Assembly: GCA_951406725.2 (NCBI GenBank)
Contig: OX597824.1
Span: 9,920,001-9,984,000 of the forward strand
Length of the DNA stretch: 64,000 nucleotides
Direction of reading: 5' to 3'
Origin: Octopus vulgaris
Lineage: Eukaryota
The notes under the pieces are model-generated. The model had not been told where the DNA came from and made no database searches. It saw nothing but the letters and a program-made list of their open reading frames with translations. Below are positions 24,438-37,160 of the stretch, piece after piece (within the stretch, counting starts at the first letter, position 1; each line of letters begins with the position of its first letter). A program made the position numbers and the translations under genes.

Positions 24438-25525
24438 CCCTTTCGTTACTATATTTCTGACCAAAATACACCCCTTATGTGTTTCAATTAATTTCTAACA
24501 TAATCATAAATTTAGTCTGGTTTCATTAAACAACTATAACTTTTTTATTTATCAAAATATTAATGTGATTTTTGGAAGATAATTTAATGAAATGTTCTCA
24601 ACCAATTCTATACTATAATTTTTGTCACAAAGTGACTCTAATTGCATGTAGAAACAGGTAAATTCAACAAAATATAAAATTATTAAAATTTTGTTCAAAC
24701 ATCGCTATAGAAAATGGGTTATTAGCTAATATTCAATTGGGTATACAACAAAATTTTACGATAGAATTTGTTATTCTGGGTAACTTTCTGATACCCATAA
24801 TAATATTTATGGCAAAATAGGCCTTAATTTCATTTAAGGTTGTGGGAAACCACTAACTATCCTTTCTTTCGCTTTGTTTACATTTAGCGTAACGGTTCAT
24901 TTCCGCCGTAATGAGTTCAAATAGACTCATCGGAAAAAGTAAAAAGAAATAGTCTATCACTTTACTCTCCTGGGAAAGTCTGTGGCTTGGTCCAATTTCT
25001 TCAGAAAAATCACCGAAAGAAACAGTTTTTAAATTTTCACTCCATTCAGGTGCCAATTCATTTTCTTTATCGCTGTCGGAGCTCTCAGATTCACTGTTTT
25101 CACTTTCGGAAAATAAAACATCAGATTCATTATCAAATACCACGTGCTTTTTTTTTTCAGCCATAGAGTTAGATTTATCAAGGTCTTCAGTAGAAAATCC
25201 TTCGAATTCTGACTTGCTGCTTGATATAATGAAATTTGTATCCATTTTTTGTCAGAATTACAAATTTTGAAAACACAATAGGAACAAATTTCAGAAAAAA
25301 ATCTCCCAAAATTCACGGAATTAAAATTACACTTCGATCGTTGTACAAAACTGTAGATGAACTGTTTACGAAGTATAATCACGTGTTTTCACGAATGTAC
25401 TAAAGAGATTTGCTCTGATATTCTCATTTAAATATGAATAGGTAAATACGGGCGGGTTTGGGCGGTTTGGTCACATTAACCAAAATTTTTTTCGGGTGGC
25501 TTTGGGCGGTTTGGTAACGAAAGGG
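24438..25525 (-). mobile_element. Non-autonomous piggyBac element (internal deletion) encoding an acidic transposase N-terminus
   Basis: TTAA TSD on both sides; TIR CCCTTTCGTTAC/GTAACGAAAGGG; ORF 24853-25245 ...IDYFFLLFPMSLFELITAEMNRYA is PGBD-like. Confidence 0.9.
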
Positions 25526-25664
25526 TTAAGTGTTACTAAAATAATATTGCCTAGAGAATGGACAATAAATATATAATTACACACCTGAAGTCAATATTTA
25601 GCAGAGGTACATGGACACAAAGGAGAATTTACATAGTAATGAAGTTCCCAAAATTAAGGACTCA

Positions 25665-26055
25665 TCATCATCATCATCGTTTAGCGTCTGCTTTCCATGC
25701 TGGCATGAGTTTGGCGGTTTGACTGGGGACTGCACCAGGCTCTAATCTGAACTGGCAGAGTTTCAACAGCTTGATACCCTTCCTAACGCCAACCACTCCG
25801 AGAGTGTAGTGGGTGCTCTTATGTGCCACCGGCACAAGGGCCAGTCAGGCAGTACTGGCAACAGCCACGCTCAAGAGGTGCTTTTTATGTGCCACCTGCA
25901 CAGGAGCCAGTCCAGCAGCACTGGCAAGGACCTTGCTCGAATGTTTTTTTACGTGCCACCAGCACAAGTACCAGTAAGGTGACGCAGGTAACGATCACAC
26001 TTGAATTGTGCTTTTTACGTGCCACCGGCACAGAGGCCAGTTTGTTGCTCTAGCA
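25665..26055 (-). mobile_element. SINE-like element with RTE-type (ATG)n tail
   Basis: (CAT)nCGTTTA...TTCCATGCT...CCCTTCCTAACGCCAACCAC. Copies at about 29363, 31716, 32131, 34702, 43620(+), 47050, 48855, 51692 and 52968(+). Confidence 0.65.
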
Positions 26056-27503
26056 ACTGCATGTTATATTGGAAAAGAGAAACACTAAGGAGAAGGAAAC
26101 TTAAAAGAGGTGAAAAATTAGTGACAGAATATAGAGAGTAAAGCAATACAGCATCATGGAATGTTCCAAGATAGTGGAAAACATCAATATATAGGACTAA
26201 ATTAATTCTTGAACTTGGAAAAGCAATTTCTTTCATGCAACACCCTCACCATTAGACCATGCTCTGCTGAACTCTACACAGTTTTTCTCTCTCTTTACTC
26301 TATTACTTGTTTCAGTCATTTGACTGTGGCCATGCTGGAGCACCACCTTTTAGTCGAGCAAATCGACCCCAAGACTTATTCTTTGTAAGCCTAGTACTTA
26401 TTCTATCGGTCTCTTTTGCCGAACCGCTAAGTTACGGGGACGTAAACACACCAGCATATACACATACACATATACGACGGGCTTCTTTCAGTTTTCGTCT
26501 ATCAAATCCACTCACAAGGCTTTGGTCGGCCCAAGGCTATAGGAGAAGACACTTGCCCAAGGTGCCACGCAGTGGGACTGAACCCAGAGCCATGTGGTTG
26601 GTAAACAAGCTACTTACCACACAGCCACTCCTGCACCTTATGAAACCTGTGCATTTTTTTTTTTTTCATTCTCTCTCCATTTTCTTCCTCTTATTCCTTT
26701 CTGCCAAAGAGCATAGACTCGAAACGTAAAAGACCTTTCAATTTTTCCTGAGCATTAAACTAATATACCTTCTTGTTGTTCCTAAACCTGTTTTTGTCTT
26801 TTGTTTTTCTGTAAATTTGAACTACATACACAAATATATGTATATATGTCTTTGCATTTGCGTCATATTTGTCTGCAAAAGAGACTGATAGAATAAGTGC
26901 CAGGCTTTACCAAAAGAACATACAAGGATTAATTTGTTTGACTAAACCTTTGACGGTGGTGCCACAACATGGTTGAAATAAGTATAAGAGAAAAAAAAAT
27001 TGATTACTACACAATATCCATATATAGTAAATATTCCTGCCATCCCAGAGGGGGAAATCTTAAGATAAGCAGACATTGTTTTTATTCAGCCCCAGGTTAG
27101 TCCCAGTCCAGTAGATCTATGTGCAAAGACATCCCAACCATGACCATTACATTCTTTTTCTTATTTTTTGCAAGTATGTTGTATAAGACTACACTATTGA
27201 ATGAATCCTTCCTTTTATAATAAATATGTCTGAGTTCAAGGAGGTTTGACTGTTGCTTCTAGTAAGTTAAGTAACCATTTAAAATTATTTCTATTAGAGA
27301 CACAAAAACTTTAATTTTTCTGGGGAAGGGGCTAGTCATTACCATCGACCCTAGTCCTCAACTGATATTTATCAACCCTGAAAGGATGAAAGGCAAAAAT
27401 CAACTTAGACAGAATTTGAGCACAAAACGTAAAGATTTTGTCAGGCACATAAACAACTCTGTCACCTTAAGTAATTATGTAAAACAGATACAAAGAACAT
27501 TAT

Positions 27504-27661
27504 TTATATTCGACGGATATTTGTCCTCATCTTGTTTGTTGTTAACACGTTTCGACTGATATACCCTCCAGCCTTCATCAGCCTTAACAACAAACAAGAT
27601 GAGAACAAATATCTGTCAAATGTAAATAATGTAAATAATTCCTCGTCTCTTAAATATAGAA
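27504..27661. mobile_element. Short palindromic remnant of the tRNA/hammerhead element family (see 45062-45580)
   Basis: Arms GATATTTGTCCTCATCTTGTTTGTTGTTAA / TTAACAACAAACAAGATGAGAACAAATATC. Minus-strand CTGATGA-A-GGCTG...CAGTC-GAAAC in the loop. Confidence 0.8.
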
Positions 27662-27743
27662 CTGTAGGATGCAAAGAAGTTAATGAGAAAATTACAAGAG
27701 CACAAAACATTTACATAATGTAATGAAAAGAAATAACTGATAC

Positions 27744-27963
27744 CTGATCCTGGTCCCCAGCAAAACAGCAACTTTTCATTGTACATGAATTATAGTAGCC
27801 AGGTTGGTCAAATTCACAGATAGGGGTCGGACTATTGAAGTTATAAAGGACCGGTGGTAATCGACGACGGAGAGCAATAATCTTATCTCCCAGAGAATTA
27901 ATACGGACACTCATACAACTTTGCTGTACATGGTGACCGGTGCCTTCGTAACGTAACACAGAG
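27744..27963 (-). CDS. DCAF5: DCAF5 coding exon (probable exon 6)
   Basis: SVLRYEG...MSVRINSLGDKIIALRRRLPPVLY...GYYNSCTMKSCCFAGDQDQ, with the diagnostic LRRRLPPVLY and NSCTMKSCCFAG. Acceptor TGTAG, donor GTATCA, 220 nt. Confidence 0.96.
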
Positions 27964-28978
27964 CTACAAAAATATGAAACATAATAACTTAGAACATGAA
28001 AAATACAAATGGACGGATACTACAAACTTGTTCAACCCATCTGGCTCAAAACAAACAGTTAACCCTTTTTGTGACAGGTCCTGAGACGTTTTGGCACAGC
28101 TGTTTTGGTGCTGCCAATTTGGCATCATTGACTCAACACTCAACTGATTTGACATCAGACATTTTAGTGTCTCTCTTGTTCCCTCCATCTTTCTCTCTCT
28201 CTCTCTCTCTGTATATGTGTGAGCATCGAGTTATATTTGTATGCATATGTCCCACATTCCCTCCCTCTATGTATCTATGTATTCTCTACCCTCTCTTTTA
28301 CTCTTTTATTTGTTTCAGTCATTTGACTGTGGCCATGCCGGAGCACCACCTTTAGTCGAACAAGTCGACCCCAGGACTTATTCTTTGTAAGCCTAGTACT
28401 TATTCTATCGGTCTCTTTTCTGAACCGCTAAGTTACGGGGACGTAAACACACCAGCATCGGTTGCCAAGCAATGTTGGAGGGACAAACACAGACACACAA
28501 ACATACACACACACACACACATATACATATATACGACGGGCTTCTTTCACTATCCATCGACCAAATCCACTCACAAGGCTTAGGTCGGCCCAAGGCTATA
28601 GCAGAAGACACCTGCCCAAGTTGCCACGCAGTGGGACTGAACCCAGAACTATGTGGTTCGTAAGCAAGCTACTTACCATACAGCCACTCCTACACCTATG
28701 TCTATATTTCTGTATGCATGGGGTGAGGCGGCTGGAGGGGGGGGTGTCTTTAGTGCCAAAATGTACTGTTTGCCAAAACAGTCCAATGTCCAGCTATACC
28801 AAATTGTTAGCTACATATAAACAAGCTTGGGAATGTGACAGATTGTGAGATTTAGTAATAAATGTACAAAAATAATTCTTGTAGTTAAAGATGATTGGCT
28901 GATGCATCCTTTTTGCAATGATCTTTTCGTATTCCAAATGAGAAAGAATTTTTCTTTCTTTTTATTCACCTTATAGAT

Positions 28979-29306
28979 CAGTGGTTCTCAACTGGAGTCT
29001 ATATGGCCGCTGAGGGTCCATATAAAATTCTTGGAGGGGTCAATGTATCAAAATAGAAAATTGGGGATTCATATTTGCTTTAGACATATGTATTGAATTG
29101 TACTGGAAGAAACAGCTACACTTCCTTCTCTAACATTTTACACAATTCAACCTACACAAGTCAATGTGTGAAAAACGAAATAGGAATTTTGAGAGACGTT
29201 TCCATAAAACTAATTTTTGAACATCAAATGGCTTTGGCAGTCCACCAGAATAAAAGAGTAATCAAAGGGGTCCATAGGTAAAAAAAAAAGTGGTTGAGAA
29301 CCCCTA
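28979..29306. mobile_element. hAT (Charlie-like) MITE
   Basis: TIR CAGTGGTTCTCAAC / GTTGAGAACCCCTa; 8-bp TSD TTATAGAT/TTATAGAG. Confidence 0.78.
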
Positions 29307-29968
29307 TTATAGAGTAAGGAAATGCCTCTAAATGAAGGCTGTAGGGAATTGACATATATATATCATCATCATTTAATGTCCGTTTTCCATGCTAGCATGG
29401 GTTGGATGGTTCAACTGGGGTCTGGGAAGCCAGAAGGCTGTGCCAGGCCCAGTCTGATCTGCCCTTCCTAATGCCAACCACTCTGTGAGTGTAGTGGGTG
29501 CTTTTTACGTGTCACCTGCATAGGTGCCAGACGAGGTTGGCAAACAGCCACGTGCACACTAGAGAAGACAGCTAAATTCCGAACCACTATTAGAGATAAA
29601 ATATCGAAGGGAATGAAAAATAAAAACGTTTACCATCTAACTCCTGGACCAATGGTTTCAGACTTTTTTTTACCAAATAAAATAATTTGCTAGGCGAAGC
29701 CTTCTTCATCAGTTACACCTTAGATTAAATATATATATATATATATACACAAGGCAATCCAGTATATGCCCTATGCTTATACATTATAATTTTTCAAATC
29801 GACCGTACTGATAATATATATATAGACAAAAATTACCAGGAATAGACAAATATTTCCAGGAATTTAGCTCCAGTATATCAATCCAAAGATACAATCTTCA
29901 ACACAGTAAAGCAGGTTAGAAAAAATTACTTTTGAACATCAGGTAAAAACAAAAAAAAAAAATCTTAC

Positions 29969-30098
29969 GTGCGGGGTTTACGGATATCCCAGAGACCAAG
30001 GCCTTCTCGGACATTAGCTGTAGCTAGAAGCCGTGGTTCCATAGGATTGTACATCACAGCATGCATTGAGGAGGTGTATTCAGCCAAACAAAACTCAT
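29969..30098 (-). CDS. DCAF5: DCAF5 coding exon (probable exon 5)
   Basis: (D)EFCLAEYTSSMHAVMYNPMEPRLLATANVREGLGLWDIRKPR, including the WDxR DDB1-binding motif. Acceptor TTTAG, donor GTAAGA, 130 nt. Confidence 0.95.
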
Positions 30099-30624
30099 CT
30101 AAAAATATAAAAACATGTATTATATATAAGTCTATGACAATAATCCACCCTCTAAGGACAACAGATGATGATTTAAAACTTCTTAATATATTGGAGAGGG
30201 AATAATTAACCAAGGGGGTAATTATCCTAGGGGGTAGTTGTCATCAGGGGGACTGTCCTATGGGGGCGGGTAATTGTCCTCATATGATTATATATACATA
30301 CATACATACATACATATGTATATATATATAGACATAAAATATATAGGGTAGTGAATATTTATAGAAATTTCACTATCAATGGCCTAGCATGTATAAAAAG
30401 TCAATAGACAACATATTCTCAATATAAAATAGTGTACTTTTAAACACAAGAGAAATTACCTTTAATAGGTAATTTTACATGCTAGAAGAAGCAGTTAAAA
30501 CGACCAAAACCACATTTAAGAGCAATTTCGAAGGGAATGAAAAATAAAAACTTTTACCTTGTTAATTTTTTTTTATATAACCATAAGAAAATAATTTCTC
30601 TTGTGTTTAAATGTTACACTATTT

Positions 30625-30655
<31 letters not shown>

Positions 30656-31205
30656 ATAGTTCAAATTTACAGAAACCAAAAGACAAAGACAGGTGAGGGA
30701 ACAACAAGCAGGTGTATTAATTTGACACTCAGGAAGAATAGAAAAGTCTTTGACATTTCCAGTCTACGCTTTTCAACAAAGAACTGAGAGGTAAAAAATG
30801 GAGAGAATGAAAAAGAAACGGAGAGGAAAAAATTGTGTAGGGAATAATGGTTCAGCACGATGAAAGGACCAGAAGAAAGGGGCTGAGTGAAAGAGAGATA
30901 ATGATAACAGTGACCTGGCTGAACTTAGGGTGTGCAAGCTCAGGTGTATGAAAGAAGGGTGTATGTGTGAATGGAGGTAAGCACATGTGAGTGTATGTGT
31001 AGGCGAGCTTAAAATTATGTGGGCCAGTATATGTGTATAAGTAACCTAGTATGTGCATTCTGTGGAGTAATGTGCATTTCATGTATGTGTGTGAAGCTAT
31101 CATGTGTGTGTGTTCAGATGCATGGGCCTGTGTGTATGTATGGAAGCATGTGTATAAGTAACCTGGTGTGTGTGTTGTGTTGAGTGATGTGTATTTTTTG
31201 TGTGC

Positions 31206-31236
<31 letters not shown>

Positions 31237-31241
31237 AAACA

Positions 31242-31535
31242 TTTTATCAATTCAAAATGAACAATTAAATTACACCATCTAGAAAATTACATATAATAGA
31301 AATATTAAAATTAAAATAACAATAAAATATCAATGATTAAGTAAATTGCAAAAAAAATAATAAAAATGTATTGCCAATTATATTTCATTTCATGAAATGA
31401 AATGAATACGTTTTTATTATTTTTTTTGCAATTTACTTAATCATTGGTATTTTATTGTTATTTTAATTTTAATATTTTTATTATATGTAATTTTCTAGAT
31501 GGTGTAATTTAATTGTTCATTTTGAATTGATAAAA
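31242..31535. repeat. AT-rich long inverted repeat (about 130-bp arms)
   Basis: TTTTATCAATTCAAAATGAACAATTAAATTACACCATCTAGAAAA... is mirrored by ...TTTTCTAGATGGTGTAATTTAATTGTTCATTTTGAATTGATAAAA. Confidence 0.9.
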
Positions 31536-32865
31536 GGTGGGGTTTTTTCTAATTTTTTATATATATATATATATATATTATATTGTGTGAAATTTGATTT
31601 AGTATTTCTAAATTGATATTTTTTCCCTGTAAGTTTGGATTTATATTCCCTCAAATAATTATATATAGATATATATATATATATATATATATTCACACAT
31701 ATAGACATGTATATATCATCATTTAACACCTGTTTTCCATGCTGGCATGGGTTGGAGAGTTTGACAGTAGCTAGCAAGCCAGAAAGCTGCACCAGACTCC
31801 AGTTGTCTTTTTTGGTATGGCTTCTGTGGTTGGATGCTCTTCCTGACGCCAACCATTTTACAGAATGTGCTGGGTGCTTTTTATGTAGCACCAGCACAGG
31901 TGCTTTTCATATATTGGTGTGGGGGGGGGGGTTATGAATATGTACAGTACAAGCAGCTATAAAGGACACCATCTCCACCACAAACAACATGGTAGCCATA
32001 ATCCAATGACTGAGGTTTTTTCAACACATTGGTCATCCATCAACCAACCAACTGCCCATGAGACAAGCTGTACTGTATTACATAGGTATCAGTAGCATGT
32101 AGAAAATAGCCTAACTACAACTAATACACATCGTCGTCGTCGTTTAACATCCACTTTCCATGCTAGCATGGGTTGGACGATTTGACTAAGGTCTGGCGAA
32201 CCAGATGGCTGCACCAGGCTCCAGTCTGATCTGGCAGAGTTTCTACAGCTGGATGCCCTTCCTAATGCCAACCACTCCGAGAGTGTAGTGGGTGCTTTTA
32301 CATGCTAACGGCACAAGGGCCAGTCAGGCGGTATTGGCAACAGCCATGCTCAAATGATGCTTTTTATGTGCCACCTGTACAGGAGCCAATCAAGCGGCAC
32401 TGGAAACGACCTCGCTCAAATGCTTTTTCCACGTGCCACCGGCACAAGTGCCAGTAAGGCAACGCAGGTAATGATCATGCTCGAATGGTGCTTTTTACGT
32501 GCCACTGGCATGGAAGACAGTTTGTTGCTCTGGCAACGATCATGCTCGGATGGTGCTCTTAGCGCTCCACTTGACAAAAATTTCTCAAGCTTTATAACCT
32601 TTCACTGGACACAAATACAGTCCCCTACCTTGCTCCTGCACAAAAAATAAGTATAAAGAGCCAACAAGTAGCTTCTATGTGGTTGCTCAACATGTTAAAA
32701 CAGCAGCCAAATCTCCCTCAAATCATACCATACTACTTTAAAAAACAAAAATCCACACATTGCAAATGCTGCATCCTCCTTCCTTTCTGTCATTCCACTC
32801 TACATGTTTTTCCTAATTATTCTACAAGTCAAATAGAACATTAACAAATATACTAGCCTTATCTA

Positions 32866-33636
32866 TTGGGTTGTCCGGAAAGTTTGTGCCGCTTTTTAAA
32901 AGGTCAATAAATACTTGCCATTACATTTTTAATCAACCAAATATGAACCATTTTGTTTCACAATGCGTCTCCATCTTTCCTTTAACTTGAAAATACCCTC
33001 TTCCCAGAATTGAGGTGGTTTCATGGCAAAGAATTCATCAAGGTATCTTTTTACATCATCCAAGGAATTGAAATTTTTACCATTAAGACTATTCTACAGA
33101 GACCTGAATAAGTGGAAATCTGAAGGAGCAATATGGAGGGTAGGGTAACACATCCCAGCCGAGCTGCAGCAATTTTTGTCTGGCTCCCAAAGCATCAAGT
33201 GCTGAAAATGAAATTTCTTATCTTCCAATTTAACCCTTTCGTTACCAACCCGGCTGAAACCGGCTCTGGCAATGAGTACAAATGTCTTGTTTTCACTAGT
33301 TTTGAATTAAAATCTTCCATCAAACCTTAGTCACAATTTATGTTCCTAACACTAGCTTAATGATAACGAAGTTATTTTACTAAATTCTGTGTTATACTTA
33401 AAATTAATTGAAAGAAACACAGAGCATCTCAAAATAAATACAGTAACGAAAGGGTTAAAGGGTTACAGAATTAACACAGGTTATAGGAACATAAACTTTC
33501 TTCCATGAAAAGATAGCTTAAACTGTGCTCTAAATGGAGGTGGGGTCAAATCCTATTTTATGGACTCAACTATGTTCTAAAACAAGTCAAAAGGTAAGCT
33601 ACTAATAAATCGGTATGAACTTTCCGGACAACCCAA
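32866..33636 (-). mobile_element. Mariner deletion derivative
   Basis: TA-flanked TIRs TTGGGTTGTCCGGAAAGTT / AACTTTCCGGACAACCCAA. Minus strand encodes the mariner C-terminus SDFHLFRSL...FWEEGIFKLKERWRRIV. Confidence 0.88.
33234..33454. mobile_element. piggyBac MITE nested in the mariner
   Basis: TTAA TSDs and the same TIR CCCTTTCGTTAC/GTAACGAAAGGG as 24438-25525. Confidence 0.88.
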
Positions 33637-33702
33637 TAGTTAACCCAGAGCCCCTGAAAAACCTGACAAAGAAAAGTTTTCAGTGTTAAGTCAATGGCTT
33701 AC

Positions 33703-33842
33703 CTCGAACAGGTTGTTCCCTGATGTCGATAATAAGAATCCGTCCATCATCACAAGCGCTAGCAAACACGTTATTATTATTTGGATCAACTGTAAGGCCG
33801 TACACAGCATCTTCATGTGGGAATATATCGATCATTGCACCA
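33703..33842 (-). CDS. DCAF5: DCAF5 coding exon (probable exon 4)
   Basis: GAMIDIFPHEDAVYGLTVDPNNNNVFASACDDGRILIIDIREQPVR, cf. HEDAVYGLSV...FASSSDDGRVLIWDIRE. Acceptor TTCAG, donor GTAAGC, 140 nt. Confidence 0.94.
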
Positions 33843-36800
33843 CTGAACAAAGAAAATTAACGGAGAAATTAATAACGGCTTCAAATTTTGGGACAAGGCC
33901 AGTAATTTTACAAAAGGTGGGGAAAGTCAATTACATCAACCATGGTATCCAACTGGTACTAATTTTATCAACTCCAAAAGAATGAAAAGCAAAGCTGACT
34001 TCAACAGAATTTGAACTCAGGACATAGAGAGATCAAAGAAATACTACAAAGCATCTTGTCTGATCTAATAATAATTCTGCAAACACCTTCTTGTTAAAAA
34101 AAAAAAAAATCAATATTCTTTTCTGTTCTAGGCACAAGGCACAAAATTTTTGGGGAGGGAGGGCCAGTCGATTAGATCGACCCCCAATATGCAACTGGTA
34201 CTTAATTTATTAACCCTGAAAGGATGAAAGGCAAAGTCAACCTCGGCAGAATTTGAACTCAGAACGTAACGGCAGATGAAATACCACTAAGCATTTTGCC
34301 TGGTGTGCTAACATTGCTGCCAGCTCGCCACCTTAAAATCAATATTAAGCAAAGGATTAAAAATATTATGCTGTTATTTTAAGGATTTCTGTTTTGTTTC
34401 TGAAAACTTAATTGATATCATTTGGAAAACTTACAAAATACAAATAAAGCCATCCACCAGATAAACTAAAACCAAATTCTCCAAGCCCTAACTCTAGTCC
34501 AACAACAAACATTATCCACTTACTGTAGACATTAACTGTTTACAGTATTCCTACAGTCTCTTCTTCTCAATATCACTGATGATCTCTCAGAAATAGAGAC
34601 CATAGTTGTATTGTAAACAGCAATATTCACAGCACAGCATAAAAACTGTAACCTAAAGTCTCCTCTTTCTCTTTGAAGGCAGAAAATACTTCAGCCCTAA
34701 ACATCATCATCATCATCATCATCGTTTAACGTCCGTTCTCCATGCTAGCATGGGTTGGACGGTTCGACCGTGGATCTGGGAAGCCAAAAGGCTGCACCGG
34801 GCTCCGGTTTTATCTGGCAATGTTTCTACAGCTAGATGCCCTTCCTAACGCCAACCACTCCGTGAGTGTAGTGGGTGCTTTTTACGTGCCACCTGCACTG
34901 GAGCCAGGCGAGGCTGGCATCGGCCACGGTCGGATTGGTGCATTTTACCTGCACGGTTACGTGCCACCTGCAATTGTTGATTCTCTTCAAAATTCAACTG
35001 AGTTCCACAATGGAATACCTTCACATTTGTTACTTGCAAAAACATGAAACACTGCATTTAAAAAGGTCATCTGGTTGATTGAGAAGAACTCATTGACTGA
35101 CAGACTCCAACCTCTAAACAACAGGTGTGCTGTTTCCATACACTGGCTCTTCTACCATACCACAGCAGTCTCTGCTCTTCAAATCTACCTAACTACATGC
35201 TACCTCAAACAAATACACCTGTTTCTCCTGTCTTGTTGTCTATTCAATCACATCAACCTGGCCAGTCTCAAGAGGGCTGGCAAATTATACAGCTGCACTA
35301 AAAGCAATTTAAATGCTTTCATTACTCCATCTCTATCTAGACAAGTGATTTTTCAACCACTTTTTTACCCATGGCTCCCTATGGTTCCTATTTTACTCAA
35401 GCAGTCTCTCATAGCCATTTGATGTTAAAAAATCCTATATTATTTTTATTTTTAAATATTATAAGAAATTATATTTTTAAAAAATTGTTTAAAATATTTT
35501 GTGTATTGTAAACTATAACCAATTTGTTGCACATAAATTTTAACAACAGCATTTTATGTGGACCCCCAATGGTCATATGGACCCTGTTTGAGAACATATG
35601 ATCTAGACCCATCAGATGTACCTGTACCTGCCTCTTCTGTTGTGACATCTCCACAGAGATTTCACTCTCAGGCCTTTCTATCAAAAATTGTACATTCATA
35701 AATGCTAAGAGTAATTTTCAGGTTAATTCCAACAATACAACAGCTGGAAGGAGACAACTATTTACAGCCAGATAGACTGAGCTAAGCAGAATGATGTACC
35801 TTCCCCAGAGACACAAATACAATCGCTAAGTAGCCTAATCCAAAAACCTAATTACATAACCACTGTACCACAATTCCTAATCCCACTCAATTATAATCAC
35901 TTTTTACATAACTGAAATGATAAAATAATGTTCATATCTTTTTAAGTGAAGTAATGGATTCTACTAAGTTACAGAATCAATTAGCTGTAAGGTTAAATAA
36001 TTAATTACATAAGTGTCATTACACCTACCATAAACACAACAAAACCTGTTTGAAGTCACAAGGTCACATCAAGAATCTTGCAAGCCAAATACAAAAATGA
36101 AGGCGTACAAAACAATAGTGTTGTCATTATCACCACAACCATTTTAACATCCCACTCATAACAGGTATATTTTAACCCTTTGTCTGTCCTGCATATCACA
36201 TGTGAAACACGTTGCATATTTGCCTGTTGTCCGTGCATCATATAAGATGCACATTCCCAAATGTTTCCAACTACCACAGTAACATGGGACTTATGAAAGG
36301 AAAGCTTTATATTACTCAGAACATATGAAACCAGGGCTAACTAAAAGCCTAAAAACAAGCATGAATATTTAGGACAAAATACGAAATAGCATTGCACAGA
36401 CAAGTAGTTAAGAATCGCTGAATATTCCCAGATATTATCATGTTATTTGGCACCAGTGTAGGAGAGAGTAATACTGTCAAACAGTGCTAAAATTAGGATG
36501 CTCTTTAGTTACAGGCTGATGATGGGAAAGTGCAGCAACATTTATTGTTTTAAAGTTAAGTTGTTTGTTATTAGTATTATCTACAGAGTAAATAGTCACT
36601 TAAAACTCATTAATTGTCTTGCACCAGTAAAATCTAATATACAAAACTAGTGATTTCTGCACCTTCTAGTTAAGACAATAGGGACCGGTGGCCCTGGTCT
36701 AGAATCTGAGACAATAAGCATTTTTAGTTTTGATCTCTACGAGAAAGGATCATTCTAAAATGGATTGTCTTGGAAACTGAGACAAAAGAATGCTTGTAGT

Positions 36801-37160
36801 TCTGAATATACGAATGGTACTGAAAATGAAAAAACACAAGGAATATATTGTACAGTTAAAAGGCGGCGAGCTGGCAGAAACATTAGCGCGCCGGGCAAAA
36901 CGCTTAGCGGTATTTCATCTCTCGTTACATTCTGAGTTCAAATTCCGCCGAGGTCGACTTTGCCTTTCATCCTTTCGGGGTCAATAAATAAAGTACCAGT
37001 TTCGCACTGGGGTCGATGTAATCGACTTAATCCCTTTGTCTGTCCTTGTTTGCCCCCTCTATGTTTAGCCCCTTATGGGCAGTAAAGAAATATATATTGT
37101 ACAGTTAATTAAATGGTGAAAAGATTAGAGAATATTTCTGATACTACATCTTGTAAATAA

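Noticed and set aside
24853-25245. Independent acidic-protein gene
   Set aside because: It lies between piggyBac TIRs and is a truncated transposase N-terminus.
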